A DNA stretch of 63,017 nucleotides, filler included, from Reclinomonas americana ATCC 50394 (Eukaryota): NCBI GenBank assembly GCA_048213135.1. It is 22 parts of 22 records of this genome, joined end to end, with 100 filler letters (N's around TTAATTAATTAA, not from the genome) between each part and the next. Parts side by side here need not be neighbours in the genome. Positions count along the whole stretch, not along the records: positions 46,757 to 47,885 come from AFZH01024364.1; positions 47,986 to 50,316 come from AFZH01024365.1; positions 50,417 to 52,859 come from AFZH01024367.1; positions 52,960 to 55,655 come from AFZH01024368.1; positions 55,756 to 60,245 come from AFZH01024369.1; 17 more parts are not named here. One strand, 5' to 3'. The notes beneath the pieces are model-generated. The model saw nothing but the letters and a program-made list of their open reading frames with translations, was not told the DNA's origin and searched no databases. The stretch's first letter is position 1, and each line of letters begins with the position of its first letter. Below, in pieces: positions 46,858-57,488 of this stretch. The position numbers were made by a program, and so were the translations under genes.

Positions 46858-48882
46858 TCAGGAGCCGCTGCGACCCTCGCCATGATCCTTGATTTGACGG
46901 CTGACGTCGTCGATCGCCGCTTGGGCCTCAGCACTCAGATTGGCCAGCATATCGGTCGGCATCAGCTCGAGCTGCTCGGTGGCGGTCCTATCGGCATTCG
47001 CCTGGATCAGGGCGGAAATGCTGACGTTCCGGGCGCCAGGACGTATCGGCAGTGCCAGCAACCGGGAAGGGGAGGGTGAGGGCTCCTTCGTCCGCTCTCC
47101 ACTGTTCGCGACCTTCGGGAGCGGAGCCGCTTCTGTTGGGGGCCCGGGTCTGAGCTCGACGATTTCGTCGTCATCGCTCTCATCGAGGCGCTCCGGAACT
47201 GGAGCCGCCTCCTGTTCAGGCGGTGGCGGCGTCTCCTCGATGATCGCGCCCGGTCCATTGAAGTCCGGCGCGGAGGCGGCAGCAGGTGCGAGGCTGGATC
47301 GAACGGGAGGCAGCACCTCGGGCTCGACGAGACCAATCGGCGGGTGGGAGACCGCCGGGACGGTTTCCCGGGCAAGCTTGGCTTTCACCTCCGCCAGCGA
47401 GATCAGCGGCTGCGTCTCCCAGGCGGGGAGGGGCGGCACTTTCAGCCGCCGATCACGGAATTTCCGATAGATCGCCTTGAACGGCGCGTCGCGGAAGTAG
47501 GTCAGCTTGCCAATCACGAAACCCGGAGCGTTCGGTACCAGCACGATCGCGCGGTCGGACGGCATCTGGCGCAATTCCTCGGCGGTGCGCAGCGCACGTT
47601 CCTGATAACTGACGCTCTTGTCACGGCTGGCGAAGATGCCTCTGCCGGCGCGGATGATCGGGGTCCGAACCTCGATCGTGGTCGAGCCGAGCATCTTGGA
47701 GACATATTCCGAGGTCTCCAGGTCGTTCATGCGGATGAAGAGCTTGACCTGGCAGGCGGAGACGGTGGTCTGCCGCGTCGCGCGGCCATAGAGCTCGTCG
47801 AGCTGCGCCAGGTCCTGAAGGATCAGAACCATGCGGAAGCCATAGCCGGCATTGATCGTGAGCTTGGAGACCAACGACACCATCTNNNNNNNNNNNNNNN
47901 NNNNNNNNNNNNNNNNNNNNNNNNNNNNNTTAATTAATTAANNNNNNNNNNNNNNNNNNNNNNNNNNNNNNNNNNNNNNNNNNNNGTCGCGGATATTGGT
48001 CAGCACGCGCAGGAATTCCACGCCCGTCGCGGTCAGGTTCGTGACCGCGCGAAGATGGCGTTGACCCTCATAGCGCGGGCTGGCGATGACATAGCCGATC
48101 AGGGCGGTGAGCAACTGGCGGCCGGTCCGAGCCCAGATCTCCGAGGCTCCGGTTCCCTCGGGTACAATGAAGGACGCCACCACGGCCGTGTCGGTCGCCA
48201 TGTGCGCGTCGCGACGGATGAAGTCGAGGGGATTGAAGCGATGCGTTTCCCGCTCGCCGGGCGAGAACATGAAGACCTTGTCGCCGAGCGCCTGCCGGTG
48301 GGCACCGATGGCCTCGAACAGTTCGCGTTTCGGATCGAACCAGACCGAAGATCCACGCCAGCTATAGCCGTTCGGAATCACAAAGCTGACGCCCTTGCCC
48401 GATCGGGTCGGGCCGACAACGAGCACATGGGAGGGATCGTCCGAGGTGATCGTCGCGCCGCTCAGCCGGCCGAGGATCAGGCCCTGCCTGGCAAGAAGTC
48501 CCTTACGGCCGGCATCGATCAGAGTGCCGAAACGCGCATTGCCGTGATGGGTGGGCTTGCGCATCACAACCGCGAACACGGCGATGCCTGCCGCAAGCGC
48601 GATCGTCACGCCAACCGCGATCAGCCCGCGCAGGATCGTCTCGGAGCGTGTAGCGGGGTAGGCGAGCCGTTCCGAAAAATGCTCCCAGGCGACGAGCAGG
48701 GCACCCGGATCACGGCGGCTGTTCTGAAACTGGAGGAGCGCCCAACGTGATTTACCCTCGCCGGCCAAGGCGGGATTCCAGCGCGCTGTGACGACGAGCT
48801 CGTAGGCGAGACTGGTCAAGAGGAAGGCGGCGATGAGCGCAAGTAGCGCAATCAGCAGCCTAAACGCGTAAACCCGTGACAT
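46858..48882 (-). CDS. virD4: Type IV coupling protein VirD4/TraG (split by a gap)
   Basis: 'HGNARF', 'GPTRSGKGVSFVIPN', 'DPKRE', 'FNPLD', 'ILQDLAQL..LYG'. Confidence 0.93.
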
Positions 48883-49906
48883 GACCGGGCCCCTCTCTGG
48901 CCGCCTGCCAATCGGCCATGCGGTTGAAAAAGATCGCGGAGGTGCCCCGCCAGCCGCCGCGGCGGGTCTGCTGGATGACGATCGGCAGGACCGAGCGGAT
49001 GTAGTCGACGATCTCCGATTTCCGCAGGCCGAGGCCGGCCTGCATGACCATCAGGGCGAGCTGCTCGAAGGCGCCATGCGGACTATCGGCATGGATGGTG
49101 GTGATCGATCCGGGGTGACCGGTATTGACGGCGCGCAGGAAGGAATAGGCTTCGGCCCCGCGGATCTCGCCGAGGAAGATGCGATCCGGCCTCAGCCGCA
49201 TGGCGGCCTGCAGCAGGCTCTCGATCGTCACGCGCGCCTGGCCCTGGTCGCCCTTCGAGGCGACGAGCGGGAGATAGTTCGGCTGGACCGGTTTCACCTC
49301 GCGCGTGTCCTCGATGGTGATGATCCGCTCCTCCGGCGGCACCTCGTGCAGGATCGCGTTCAGGAAGGTCGTCTTGCCGGAGGACGTTCCGCCGGAGAGC
49401 AGGATCGAATAGCGCTCGGCCACGGCGAGGCGGATGAAGCTCTCGATCTCGCCGGCGTCGAGATGTTCGCAAAGACAAATATCGGCCGCGCTCAGCGCGT
49501 TCGGATCGCCGATATCGATTGCCTCGAACGAGCCGCGCTTGCGGTACTCCTGGAGCCGCATGTCCTTCACGACCTGCTTGCGGATCGCGAAGGCGCCGCC
49601 ATTGGTCGTCGCCGGCGGCAGCACGCCCTGGAAGCGCTCGCCATCCGGCAGGGCCGCAGAAAGCAGGGGATGCTCCTCGTTGACGGATTGACCGCTGAAG
49701 GCGGCGACGCGCTCCATCAGATGGCGTAGCGCGGCGCGGCTGAGCTCCGGCACGGCATGGCGCTCCATTTCGGTGCCGCCGGCAACTTCGACCCAGACCT
49801 CTCCAGGCCGATTGGCGCAGATCTCGACGACCGTGTCGTCATCGAGCCAGCGCCTGATCGGCTCCAGCGCGCGGCTCAGAAAGACGGTCCGGGTCGTGTC
49901 GCTCAT
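48860..49906 (-). CDS. virB11: T4SS ATPase VirB11
   Basis: 'GGTSSGKTT', 'IEDTRE', 'RLRPDRIFLGEIRGAEA', 'NTGHPGSITTIHA'. Confidence 0.96.
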   Translation of the reverse strand: MSDTTRTVFLSRALEPIRRWLDDDTVVEICANRPGEVWVEVAGGTEMERHAVPELSRAALRHLMERVAAFSGQSVNEEHPLLSAALPDGERFQGVLPPATTNGGAFAIRKQVVKDMRLQEYRKRGSFEAIDIGDPNALSAADICLCEHLDAGEIESFIRLAVAERYSILLSGGTSSGKTTFLNAILHEVPPEERIITIEDTREVKPVQPNYLPLVASKGDQGQARVTIESLLQAAMRLRPDRIFLGEIRGAEAYSFLRAVNTGHPGSITTIHADSPHGAFEQLALMVMQAGLGLRKSEIVDYIRSVLPIVIQQTRRGGWRGTSAIFFNRMADWQAAREGPGHVTGLRV

Positions 49907-49964
49907 CGTCCTCGGCCGCGATTCGCATAAGGTACGTTATGGAACATATTCCTACAATCCAGAT

Positions 49965-50316
49965 TTATTTCACAGAACGTGCACGGGCCCGCTCATGTCG
50001 GATCTCCTGTAGGGCCTCCTTCACCGGGTCCGGATAGAAGGCCGAGAAGTCGAGATCGCGCCGGACGAAGACCATGATGCGCGAGCCCTGGTCGACATGG
50101 ATCGTCGGCGGAATGTGGATGGAGTCGCGCAGCGCTTCCTCGGCGATCCGGTTCAGCGTCATCGAAACCTGCTGCGCGCCGATCTGCCGCGCATAGAGTG
50201 CGTTCTGGTTCGGCTGGCCCTGCACGACCACCGGCTGGCCGGTGGTCGGATCGATGGTGCTGTACTGGTTCTGGCCGGACTGGTTGTCCTGGCCGAGATT
50301 GGCGATGAACTGCGCC
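49965..50316 (-). CDS. virB10: T4SS protein VirB10, C-terminus (5'-truncated)
   Basis: 'IPPTIHVDQGSRIMVFVRRDLDFS'. Confidence 0.9.
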
Positions 50317-50416
50317 NNNNNNNNNNNNNNNNNNNNNNNNNNNNNNNNNNNNNNNNNNNNTTAATTAATTAANNNNNNNNNNNNNNNNNNNNNNNNNNNN
50401 NNNNNNNNNNNNNNNN

Positions 50417-50953
50417 TCCAGCTGTGGCGCCGACGCCCGAAACGCGCTGTTGTCGTTCGGTGCCCGGCGGTCATGGTCTTGCAAAAGCGTCGATGTCGAC
50501 CAGTACGGCCGACACGTCGCGCGCTGCCAGATCGAAGGACAGGACGTCGGACGCTGGATGGTCGCACAAGGGTGGGCGCTCGCCTTCATCCGCTATTCCT
50601 CCACTTATGTCGAAGACGAGAAAGCGGCTCGCGCCGCCCGACGCGGGCTCTGGAGCGGCGCCTTCATCGCGCCGTGGGACTGGCGCTCCCGCAGTACCAG
50701 CACCGTGATCCATGGCGCCGTCAGTGTTCCGGCCGGTGCGCAGAAGCTCCTCCTCAACTCGCTCTCGCAGGCTGGAGCCCCCGCTGGCGCGTGTGCGATC
50801 AAGGGAAACTTCAAGGTGGATGGCTCCTGCATCTACCACCAACCAGGTCAGCGCTTTTACGACGCGGTGCACATGAACGGGTCGGATCGAAAGCGATGGT
50901 TCTGCACGCCGGCGGACGCCGAGAAGGCGGGTTGTCGCGCGGCGCGCTGGTAA
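50417..50953 (+). CDS. SNase-like thermonuclease with C-terminal ExoI/Ada-like Cys domain (5'-truncated)
   Basis: 'DQYGR..ARC', 'MVAQGWA', 'AARRGLWSG', 'CAIKGN..IYH.PG..Y...WFC...A..AG.RA'. Confidence 0.88.
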   Translation, partial: SSCGADARNALLSFGARRSWSCKSVDVDQYGRHVARCQIEGQDVGRWMVAQGWALAFIRYSSTYVEDEKAARAARRGLWSGAFIAPWDWRSRSTSTVIHGAVSVPAGAQKLLLNSLSQAGAPAGACAIKGNFKVDGSCIYHQPGQRFYDAVHMNGSDRKRWFCTPADAEKAGCRAARW

Positions 50954-50993
50954 CGCGCGAAGCGAACGCGGGTTGGCTCGCTGCCTTCGCCGC

Positions 50994-51272
50994 CTAATTT
51001 CGATCCCTGAAACCCATGATCAACGCTTTCATAAGGCGAACGCCCCGGCGCAGGAGCGCCAAGGTGATGAGTCCCAATACGGAGAAAGCGAAGACATATC
51101 CAAGGCCCGGTATCCGGCGCTCGATGGTGTCGGCGGCGATGCCGATGCCGCTGGCGAACAGAAAGAGCAGCAGCAGAGATCCGAGGATTCCGTCGAAGTT
51201 CGGAGCGCCCCCGGACCGGAATACCTGCTGGTTCATCTCATTGTAGGTGTGCGGGTGCCAACGCTTATCCAT
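50994..51272 (-). CDS. Small two-TM hypothetical protein
   Basis: 92-aa ORF with two hydrophobic segments. Confidence 0.5.
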   Translation of the reverse strand: MDKRWHPHTYNEMNQQVFRSGGAPNFDGILGSLLLLFLFASGIGIAADTIERRIPGLGYVFAFSVLGLITLALLRRGVRLMKALIMGFRDRN

Positions 51273-51572
51273 CTGATACCACTCGCGGTTTGACGGAATT
51301 GTGGGACGCTTTCGTCTCGTCCCCTCTGTTCCGTCTCACTCCTGCCCGGCAGGCCTGTTTCCCGTCTCGCTTAATATATTGATCTAACGCGGCCGGATGC
51401 TTTAAGCAATGTTCTCGGCCCATCAGGGGCGTGGGAATTGGCATTCTGCCCCTTGTCATCAGCGGCGCTGCGCCCCTGCCCTGCCGGCAGCGTTGGCCCG
51501 TTCGGCATCAGCGCGACCCGCGACTGGCAAGAGTGGCCAACGCGCGGAACGGAGATCAGTTTGGATGAGGCG

Positions 51573-52154
51573 ATGGCTTCGCGTTCTGACCGGTTGCTTG
51601 CCCCCCTACTCCTCGCGGCGGGAGCTTCCGTCGCGCAAACACCAGTAGCGCCGACGAGCGCGCCCGCGGCTCCGCAGTTGCCAGATCTCTACGCGCCGCA
51701 GTCGACAACCGCGACGGTTCCGATGCGCGTCGAAGTCGTGACGAGCACGACCTTTCGCGACGTTGAAACGAAGCAGCTCTATCGCCTCTATGGCGTCGAC
51801 GCCTGCGATGCCAACCAAACCGCCACTTTCGGCAAGCAGACCTGGCCCTGCGGGGTCGTCGCAACCGCCTGGCTCGTCAACGTCACCCTCAATCGCTGGG
51901 TGGCCTGCACGCCCATCCGGCAGACCGAGACCCTGAAGCTCGGGCGGTGTGCGACCGGCGAGATTCCGGATCTGGCCGCCGAGATGCTGAAGCTCGGCCA
52001 CGCGATCACCCTCCCCTCCCCCGAGGACCGGCTGATTCCGACCTACGCCCAGCTCGAGAAGGATGCGCGCGCTGCCTATCGCGGCATCTGGGCGAGCTCG
52101 TTTCAGATGCCGTGGACATTCCGGCAGCAAGCCAGCCCTCCGAATAAACCGTGA
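51573..52154 (+). CDS. Exported SNase-like protein with degenerate active site
   Basis: Signal peptide, 'YRLYGVDAC', 'WPCG', 'MLKLGHA', 'ARAAYRGIW...PW.FR'. Confidence 0.8.
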   Translation: MASRSDRLLAPLLLAAGASVAQTPVAPTSAPAAPQLPDLYAPQSTTATVPMRVEVVTSTTFRDVETKQLYRLYGVDACDANQTATFGKQTWPCGVVATAWLVNVTLNRWVACTPIRQTETLKLGRCATGEIPDLAAEMLKLGHAITLPSPEDRLIPTYAQLEKDARAAYRGIWASSFQMPWTFRQQASPPNKP

Positions 52155-52774
52155 CGGATTTGATCATCATGTGCCGGTACGTTTTGCCAATTGGGATCGC
52201 GGTTGCAGCCGTCACGCTGGCGGGCTGTGCCTCGCAGCCAGCGCACGATGCGCAGATCTCGTCGCCGGCCACCAGCGCCTACCTCGCGCCCGAACAGGTC
52301 GACCGCGGCAGACAGGAATACGGCTCCGGCTACGAGCGGTTCCCACCTGTCATGACCGCGCGCACCGGCTATCCGACGCGGAACCAGGCCAATACAGCGC
52401 TGCGGCTCTCGCGCTGGGGAACGGTGCCGATCCGAACGCTCGTCACGAAAGAGGGCATCAAGACCATCGCCATACCCGCTGCCCTCCCCGACACCGTTGC
52501 CCATCGCGTTCGTCTGTTCGCCTGTCGGCCGGGGGCCCTGGACGGCGTGACCGGCCGCGTTCGGACCTATCGCGGCCCCGTCGTCGTCTGTGCCTCCGAT
52601 CTGTTCGGCGCTGATGGCGCGGTCCTGGCGCGCGTTCCGCTCAATTTCTACTACTGGCAAAACGCCTGGCGGGTTCAGGATCCCCGGCCGGGCTACAAGC
52701 CGGTGCCATGGGTCGAGAACGAGCCCTCCCCGCCCAGGAGCTCCGGCTGGTTACCCTGGCAGGATCGCTACTGA
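52151..52774 (+). CDS. Hypothetical lipoprotein
   Basis: Lipobox LAGC after a hydrophobic stretch. Starts at the end of the upstream gene. Confidence 0.7.
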   Translation: MTDLIIMCRYVLPIGIAVAAVTLAGCASQPAHDAQISSPATSAYLAPEQVDRGRQEYGSGYERFPPVMTARTGYPTRNQANTALRLSRWGTVPIRTLVTKEGIKTIAIPAALPDTVAHRVRLFACRPGALDGVTGRVRTYRGPVVVCASDLFGADGAVLARVPLNFYYWQNAWRVQDPRPGYKPVPWVENEPSPPRSSGWLPWQDRY

Positions 52775-53010
52775 TCTGTTCACCCATCCGGGCGTTCCCT
52801 TCGGCCAAAATCGTATTGGGCTCGATCGGGTCTCGGACAGACCAGCGCCCTTCCCTTATNNNNNNNNNNNNNNNNNNNNNNNNNNNNNNNNNNNNNNNNN
52901 NNNTTAATTAATTAANNNNNNNNNNNNNNNNNNNNNNNNNNNNNNNNNNNNNNNNNNNNAAAACAATTTCCCTCACCCATAAAAGAACAAACAAATACTT
53001 GCAAGAAAAA

Positions 53011-53256
53011 CAGAGAAAGGCATGCATGTATCGATTTATCATTTGTGTTTGGAGCGATGGCAAGGTGACGCACACTCTTGCCGCATTGTGTGTGCAAGAA
53101 ACGGAAAGACTCCCTCTCCCAACCTCACCCCATAAAAGATCAAACAAGAACCTGCAGAGAAAAGGCATGCATGTATCGATTTATGATTTGTGTTTGGAGC
53201 GATGGCAAGGCGACGCACACTCTTGCCGCATTGTGTGTGTAAGGAACGGAAAAGAC
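53011..53256. repeat. Two ~100-bp direct repeats downstream of VMP1
   Basis: 53011-53110 and 53155-53256 are near-identical. Confidence 0.85.
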
Positions 53257-53276
53257 AACAACACATGGTGGCGCTC

Positions 53277-55655
53277 TTACTCCGCAGCGATCTCAGCGGC
53301 CGGAGCAGGAGCAGCAGCAGCCGCCGGAGCGATGTGCCTCATCTCCTGCGCCTCGCGAGCGTAGCGCGCCTGGGCGATCGAGTGGATGACCTCCACGATG
53401 AACCAGGCGACCGCCAGAGCCAGGAGACCGGTCCAAGCCAGCCCGGCGTAGCGGGCGAAGTCGGTCTGTGATGTGGGGAAGGGGATCAGTGAGAGTTGAA
53501 AGAAAGGGAGGGGAGAAGAATAAGGAGAAGCAGCATTTTCTCATGCAACATGAAAACAAGCTATCGCTTCACGTGTTTCCTCTCACAAAGAGCCCCTCCT
53601 CTCGCTTTCTCCATTCACGCACCTCGGTGCCCTCATTGCGCGACAGCAAGACCAGGTTCTCGGCAAACGAGCCCGCAGTCGGGTGAATGTTACGCATGTA
53701 CGCCAGCGCGCTGTCAATCACCGCCGGAGTCGACGACAGCATGGCGGTGAATGCCTGCAAACGACACGGTCAGGCGCCAAATGTCGAAAATGTGAACGCG
53801 ACACTGGCACTCACCAAAATGTGCGCCTTCAGCAGGCCCTTGCCAATCAGCACGGCGATGAAAAACGTAGGGAACGAAATCAGCGCGCTGCCGCAGAGCA
53901 GGCCACTGAGGTCGAACAGCGGGTTGGGCGTCTGTGTGTTGAGGAGGAGAAGTCAATATGCAGAGAGGAAGAAAGCGGATGCATAAGGATAATTGACACG
54001 AGATGAGCATTCTCTGCGTATAGTTAACGCTCATGCACTCTCTCACTCATGGCAAATACTTCTCCGTTAAATTAACTATTTCTCTCTCGCTCACGCACTG
54101 TACGTCTCCACTTTTTCATTCTCTCCCGTGCACACGTACACTCACAGACACTCGCTTTCTCATCATAAATTTACTCAGTTCTGTCACTCTCTCTCTCTCG
54201 CTCTCACACACTCGCTTTCCATCTTTCCCTCTCGCTCGCCCTCTCGTTCATTCATTCATTCTCTCTCACTCACCATGTGCTCACTGACAACTCATTCTAA
54301 CATTCAGACTTTCTATTCTTTCTCTCTCTTTTACGTCCTCTCTCTCTAGCTCATTAATTCGCTCTTTCTCTCTATCTCACTAACAGCCCTTCATTCTCAT
54401 TCCTAATGCACTCTCTCTCTCTCTCTCAACACACTCTTTGTTTCCCTTTCTTTGTCGCTCACATTTGCACTCACTGACATTCTCACTTTTCTCATCACTA
54501 ATTCACTCTCTCTCTCTCTTTATCCCAGCTCTCTGTCTCTCGGCCTCACTCACGCTCATTGTCTCCCACTCACATTGTGCTCACTCACTCTTCTCTCTCC
54601 CCTCTCCTCACACATTAGCACCTTCCTTTCCTTCTCCCCCCTTTCCCTCTCCCTTCCCCTTCCCCTCTCCTTCCCCTCTTTGACTCACCGCCGCCACTGC
54701 GCTGATCACAATGAACCGCACCAGCCAGTTGCTGCTGGCCACACTCTCAAACAAATCGCGCGTCCAGCGAATGCTGCGCGCCGCCACCCCACCACTCTCC
54801 ACATTCTCCTCGCCCACAATGGCCGACAGTTCGTCACCGGCCTGGCGCGAGGCTCGCGCAATAAAGTACGACGGCAGCTCACCGAGCGCCGTGCCAAAGC
54901 CCCACGCGAGGATCTCGCAGCGCACGAGATTGTACTGCGGTGTGAGCTGCTCCACCAGGGCGGACCACGATTCGGGGTTGCCGGCGGGAGGGTGCTGCTG
55001 CATGGTTTGCAGGATCAGCGGGATGAGGTACAGGGCGCCTGTGTGCAGTCCGAAGCCTGTGTGTGTGGGGGAAAGGGGATGGGCAAGAAGTAAGAAAGGG
55101 AGACAAATGCATGGGATGTGGGGGAGAGGCTTACCGAGACCGCACGATGAGAGGAAGCCGAGGAGGACCCACCATCCGTACTTGATGATTGCGTCGTGCG
55201 ATTGGTTGGCGAACTGACGGAGGGGGAAGGAGGGTGAGATGAGGGGAGGGAAGGGGAAGGGGAGGGAGAAGGGGAGGGGAAAGGAGGGGGAGGGAAGGGG
55301 AAGGGGAGGGAGAAGGTAGGGGAAAGGAGGGGGAAGGAGGGGGAAAGAGGGAAAGAGGGAAAGAGGGGAAAGAGGGAAAGAGGGAAAGAGGGAAAGAGGG
55401 GAAAGAGGGGGAATGAGGGAGAGAGGGAAAGGAGGTGGATCGAGAGAAAAGAAGAGGAAACGAAGAGGAGAGGATGAAAGAGAGCAGAGGGGAAGAGAGG
55501 GACAAGGTGAAAGAGGGAATGTAGTAAGGAGACCATGAAGTTGTTGGGGCATGATGAGCGCAGAACGCGAACTATGAGCAACCAATCATGAAGTACCAAC
55601 TCAACTCCAATTCCCACTCCAATAGACAGCAGTGCCACGAGAAGCACGCTGTTGC
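53277..55655 (-). CDS. VMP1: Vacuole membrane protein 1 (DedA/VTT family), multi-exon, 5'-truncated
   Basis: '[23 protein letters not shown]', '[18 protein letters not shown]', '[13 protein letters not shown]....F.TFF.A.LIGK'. Confidence 0.92.
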
Positions 55656-56528
55656 NNNNNNNNNNNNNNNNNNNNNNNNNNNNNNNNNNNNNNNNNNNNT
55701 TAATTAATTAANNNNNNNNNNNNNNNNNNNNNNNNNNNNNNNNNNNNNNNNNNNNGAGAGAGAGAGAGAGAAACGAGAAGAAGCTGGAATAGAGGCAGTG
55801 ATTGAAGACTAAGTGTGTGTGTGTGAGGGAGGGACTGGGAGAGCAAGTCGGCGAGTGACAGGTGGAGGCAGTGTGTGAGGGGGGACTGAAAGAGTGTGAG
55901 AGCGAGAGGTGACAGATATGGAAGGAGAGAAAGAGTGGCAAGATAGCCAGAGAGGCAAGGTGGCCAGAGAGTAACAAGAGGGCGAGGGAGACTGATTGAT
56001 GAGAGCAGTGTTAGAAGACTGAGAAAGATGGCGAGACTGAGAGCAACAGCGATGGAGGAGAGCAAAGATGTACCAGTGGGCACCTCCCATAGTCGCAGCC
56101 TCCACTTGCTTTCTCTGTACCCCTCTCGTCCTCTGTGCTTGCACTAATCTCTGTTTCTTTCAACGTGCACGATGCCAGCTCCATTGTCAGTTGTTTCTCC
56201 TCTTTCACTCTCCGTTCCTCTCTTCGTCCTTCGTTCCTTCACTTTTCTCTGCGTCCCTTCCCTCCTCTTCCTTCTATACTTTTCACTTTTCTCTTCCTCG
56301 TCTTTCTCTCTTTATCCCTTCCCTTGCCTCGTTCCCATCCCGTTCATCCCATTTTTTGTTGCTCGCTTTGCTCATTCTCTCTCTCGCTTCTCCCCTTGCT
56401 CTCTCTCCCCATTCTTCCCATTGTTCCCCTCTTCCCCCTTTTCCTTCTCCCTTCCCCTTCCCCTTTCCTTCCCCCTTTCCCCTTCCCCTTCCCCTTCCCT
56501 TCTTCTCCTCACCCCTCCCCCTCTACAG

Positions 56529-56972
56529 ACACAATGCATCCAAACCAAACTCGCCATCACTCACGCCCGCAAGCGCACCGAAACCCTCCGCCAATTCCAC
56601 CAACGCCTCTTCTCGCACACCCAAAAGACGCACGAGCGAGCGGCCTCACTGCGCGCCCGCAACGAGGCCCTGCGGCGCGAACTGGAGCAAGTCGACGCCG
56701 ACGTGGAGCAACTGGAGGCGCAACGCGACAAGCTGCAGTGGGACATGGACTTGGCGCGGAAGCAGCTGGAGGCGGAGCAGACGGCGGCGGTGGTGGCCTC
56801 GCAGCGGCGCGACAATGCCGTGCACTTGTTGCACGATTTGCAAAAGAGGGAGCACGATGCGAGGAGGCAAATGTTTGACGCGGAGAGGGATATGGAGGCG
56901 GCGCGCAGTCGGTTGGAGGAGAGCATTACGAAGAGGGCGGATTTGGAAAAGGTGGTGTTGGCGGCCATGTAA
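56529..56972 (+). CDS. Last exon of a coiled-coil protein (eukaryotic)
   Basis: Acceptor after a polypyrimidine tract and a heptad-rich E/R/Q/L sequence ending in TAA. Confidence 0.6.
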   Translation, partial: TQCIQTKLAITHARKRTETLRQFHQRLFSHTQKTHERAASLRARNEALRRELEQVDADVEQLEAQRDKLQWDMDLARKQLEAEQTAAVVASQRRDNAVHLLHDLQKREHDARRQMFDAERDMEAARSRLEESITKRADLEKVVLAAM

Positions 56973-57488
56973 GTGTATTGTTGTTGGAGGAAAAGGGGGT
57001 TGGGGAGAAGGGGGAAAGAGTGAAGGAGGGGAAGATATGGTAGAGGGAGGCCGTACAGCGACCTGGAGTCTCTCGTTTGTGCTGCACGCACCCTTCTCCT
57101 TCTCGACCCCATCGGTTGAATGGATTGCGGCACGTAGAGCAGCTGGAGTACGAGATATTGTGAGTTGTCGAGCGTTACTGGTAGAGGTGTATGTAATCTT
57201 GTTACACCCGTCCATTCGAGCTGCATGTATGATCAGGTGGAGTGCGAAGTATGGGGAAGTTGCCGTGAATGCATGACCTGTCTAGCGACCACAAAAACAA
57301 AAACAGGATGACGCCACTGTCGATTACCTTCGTTACACACTGTGTTCATATGACTCTGGCCTTTCTCACCGAGACGAGAACCTGCAATTACTGCAAACGA
57401 CTCTGCGCTGCCAATCAGCCCGCTCTTGCCCCAATTCCCCACTTTTTTCGCAAAGAATTCTATTTACACACTGTGCTGCTGGCATCAT

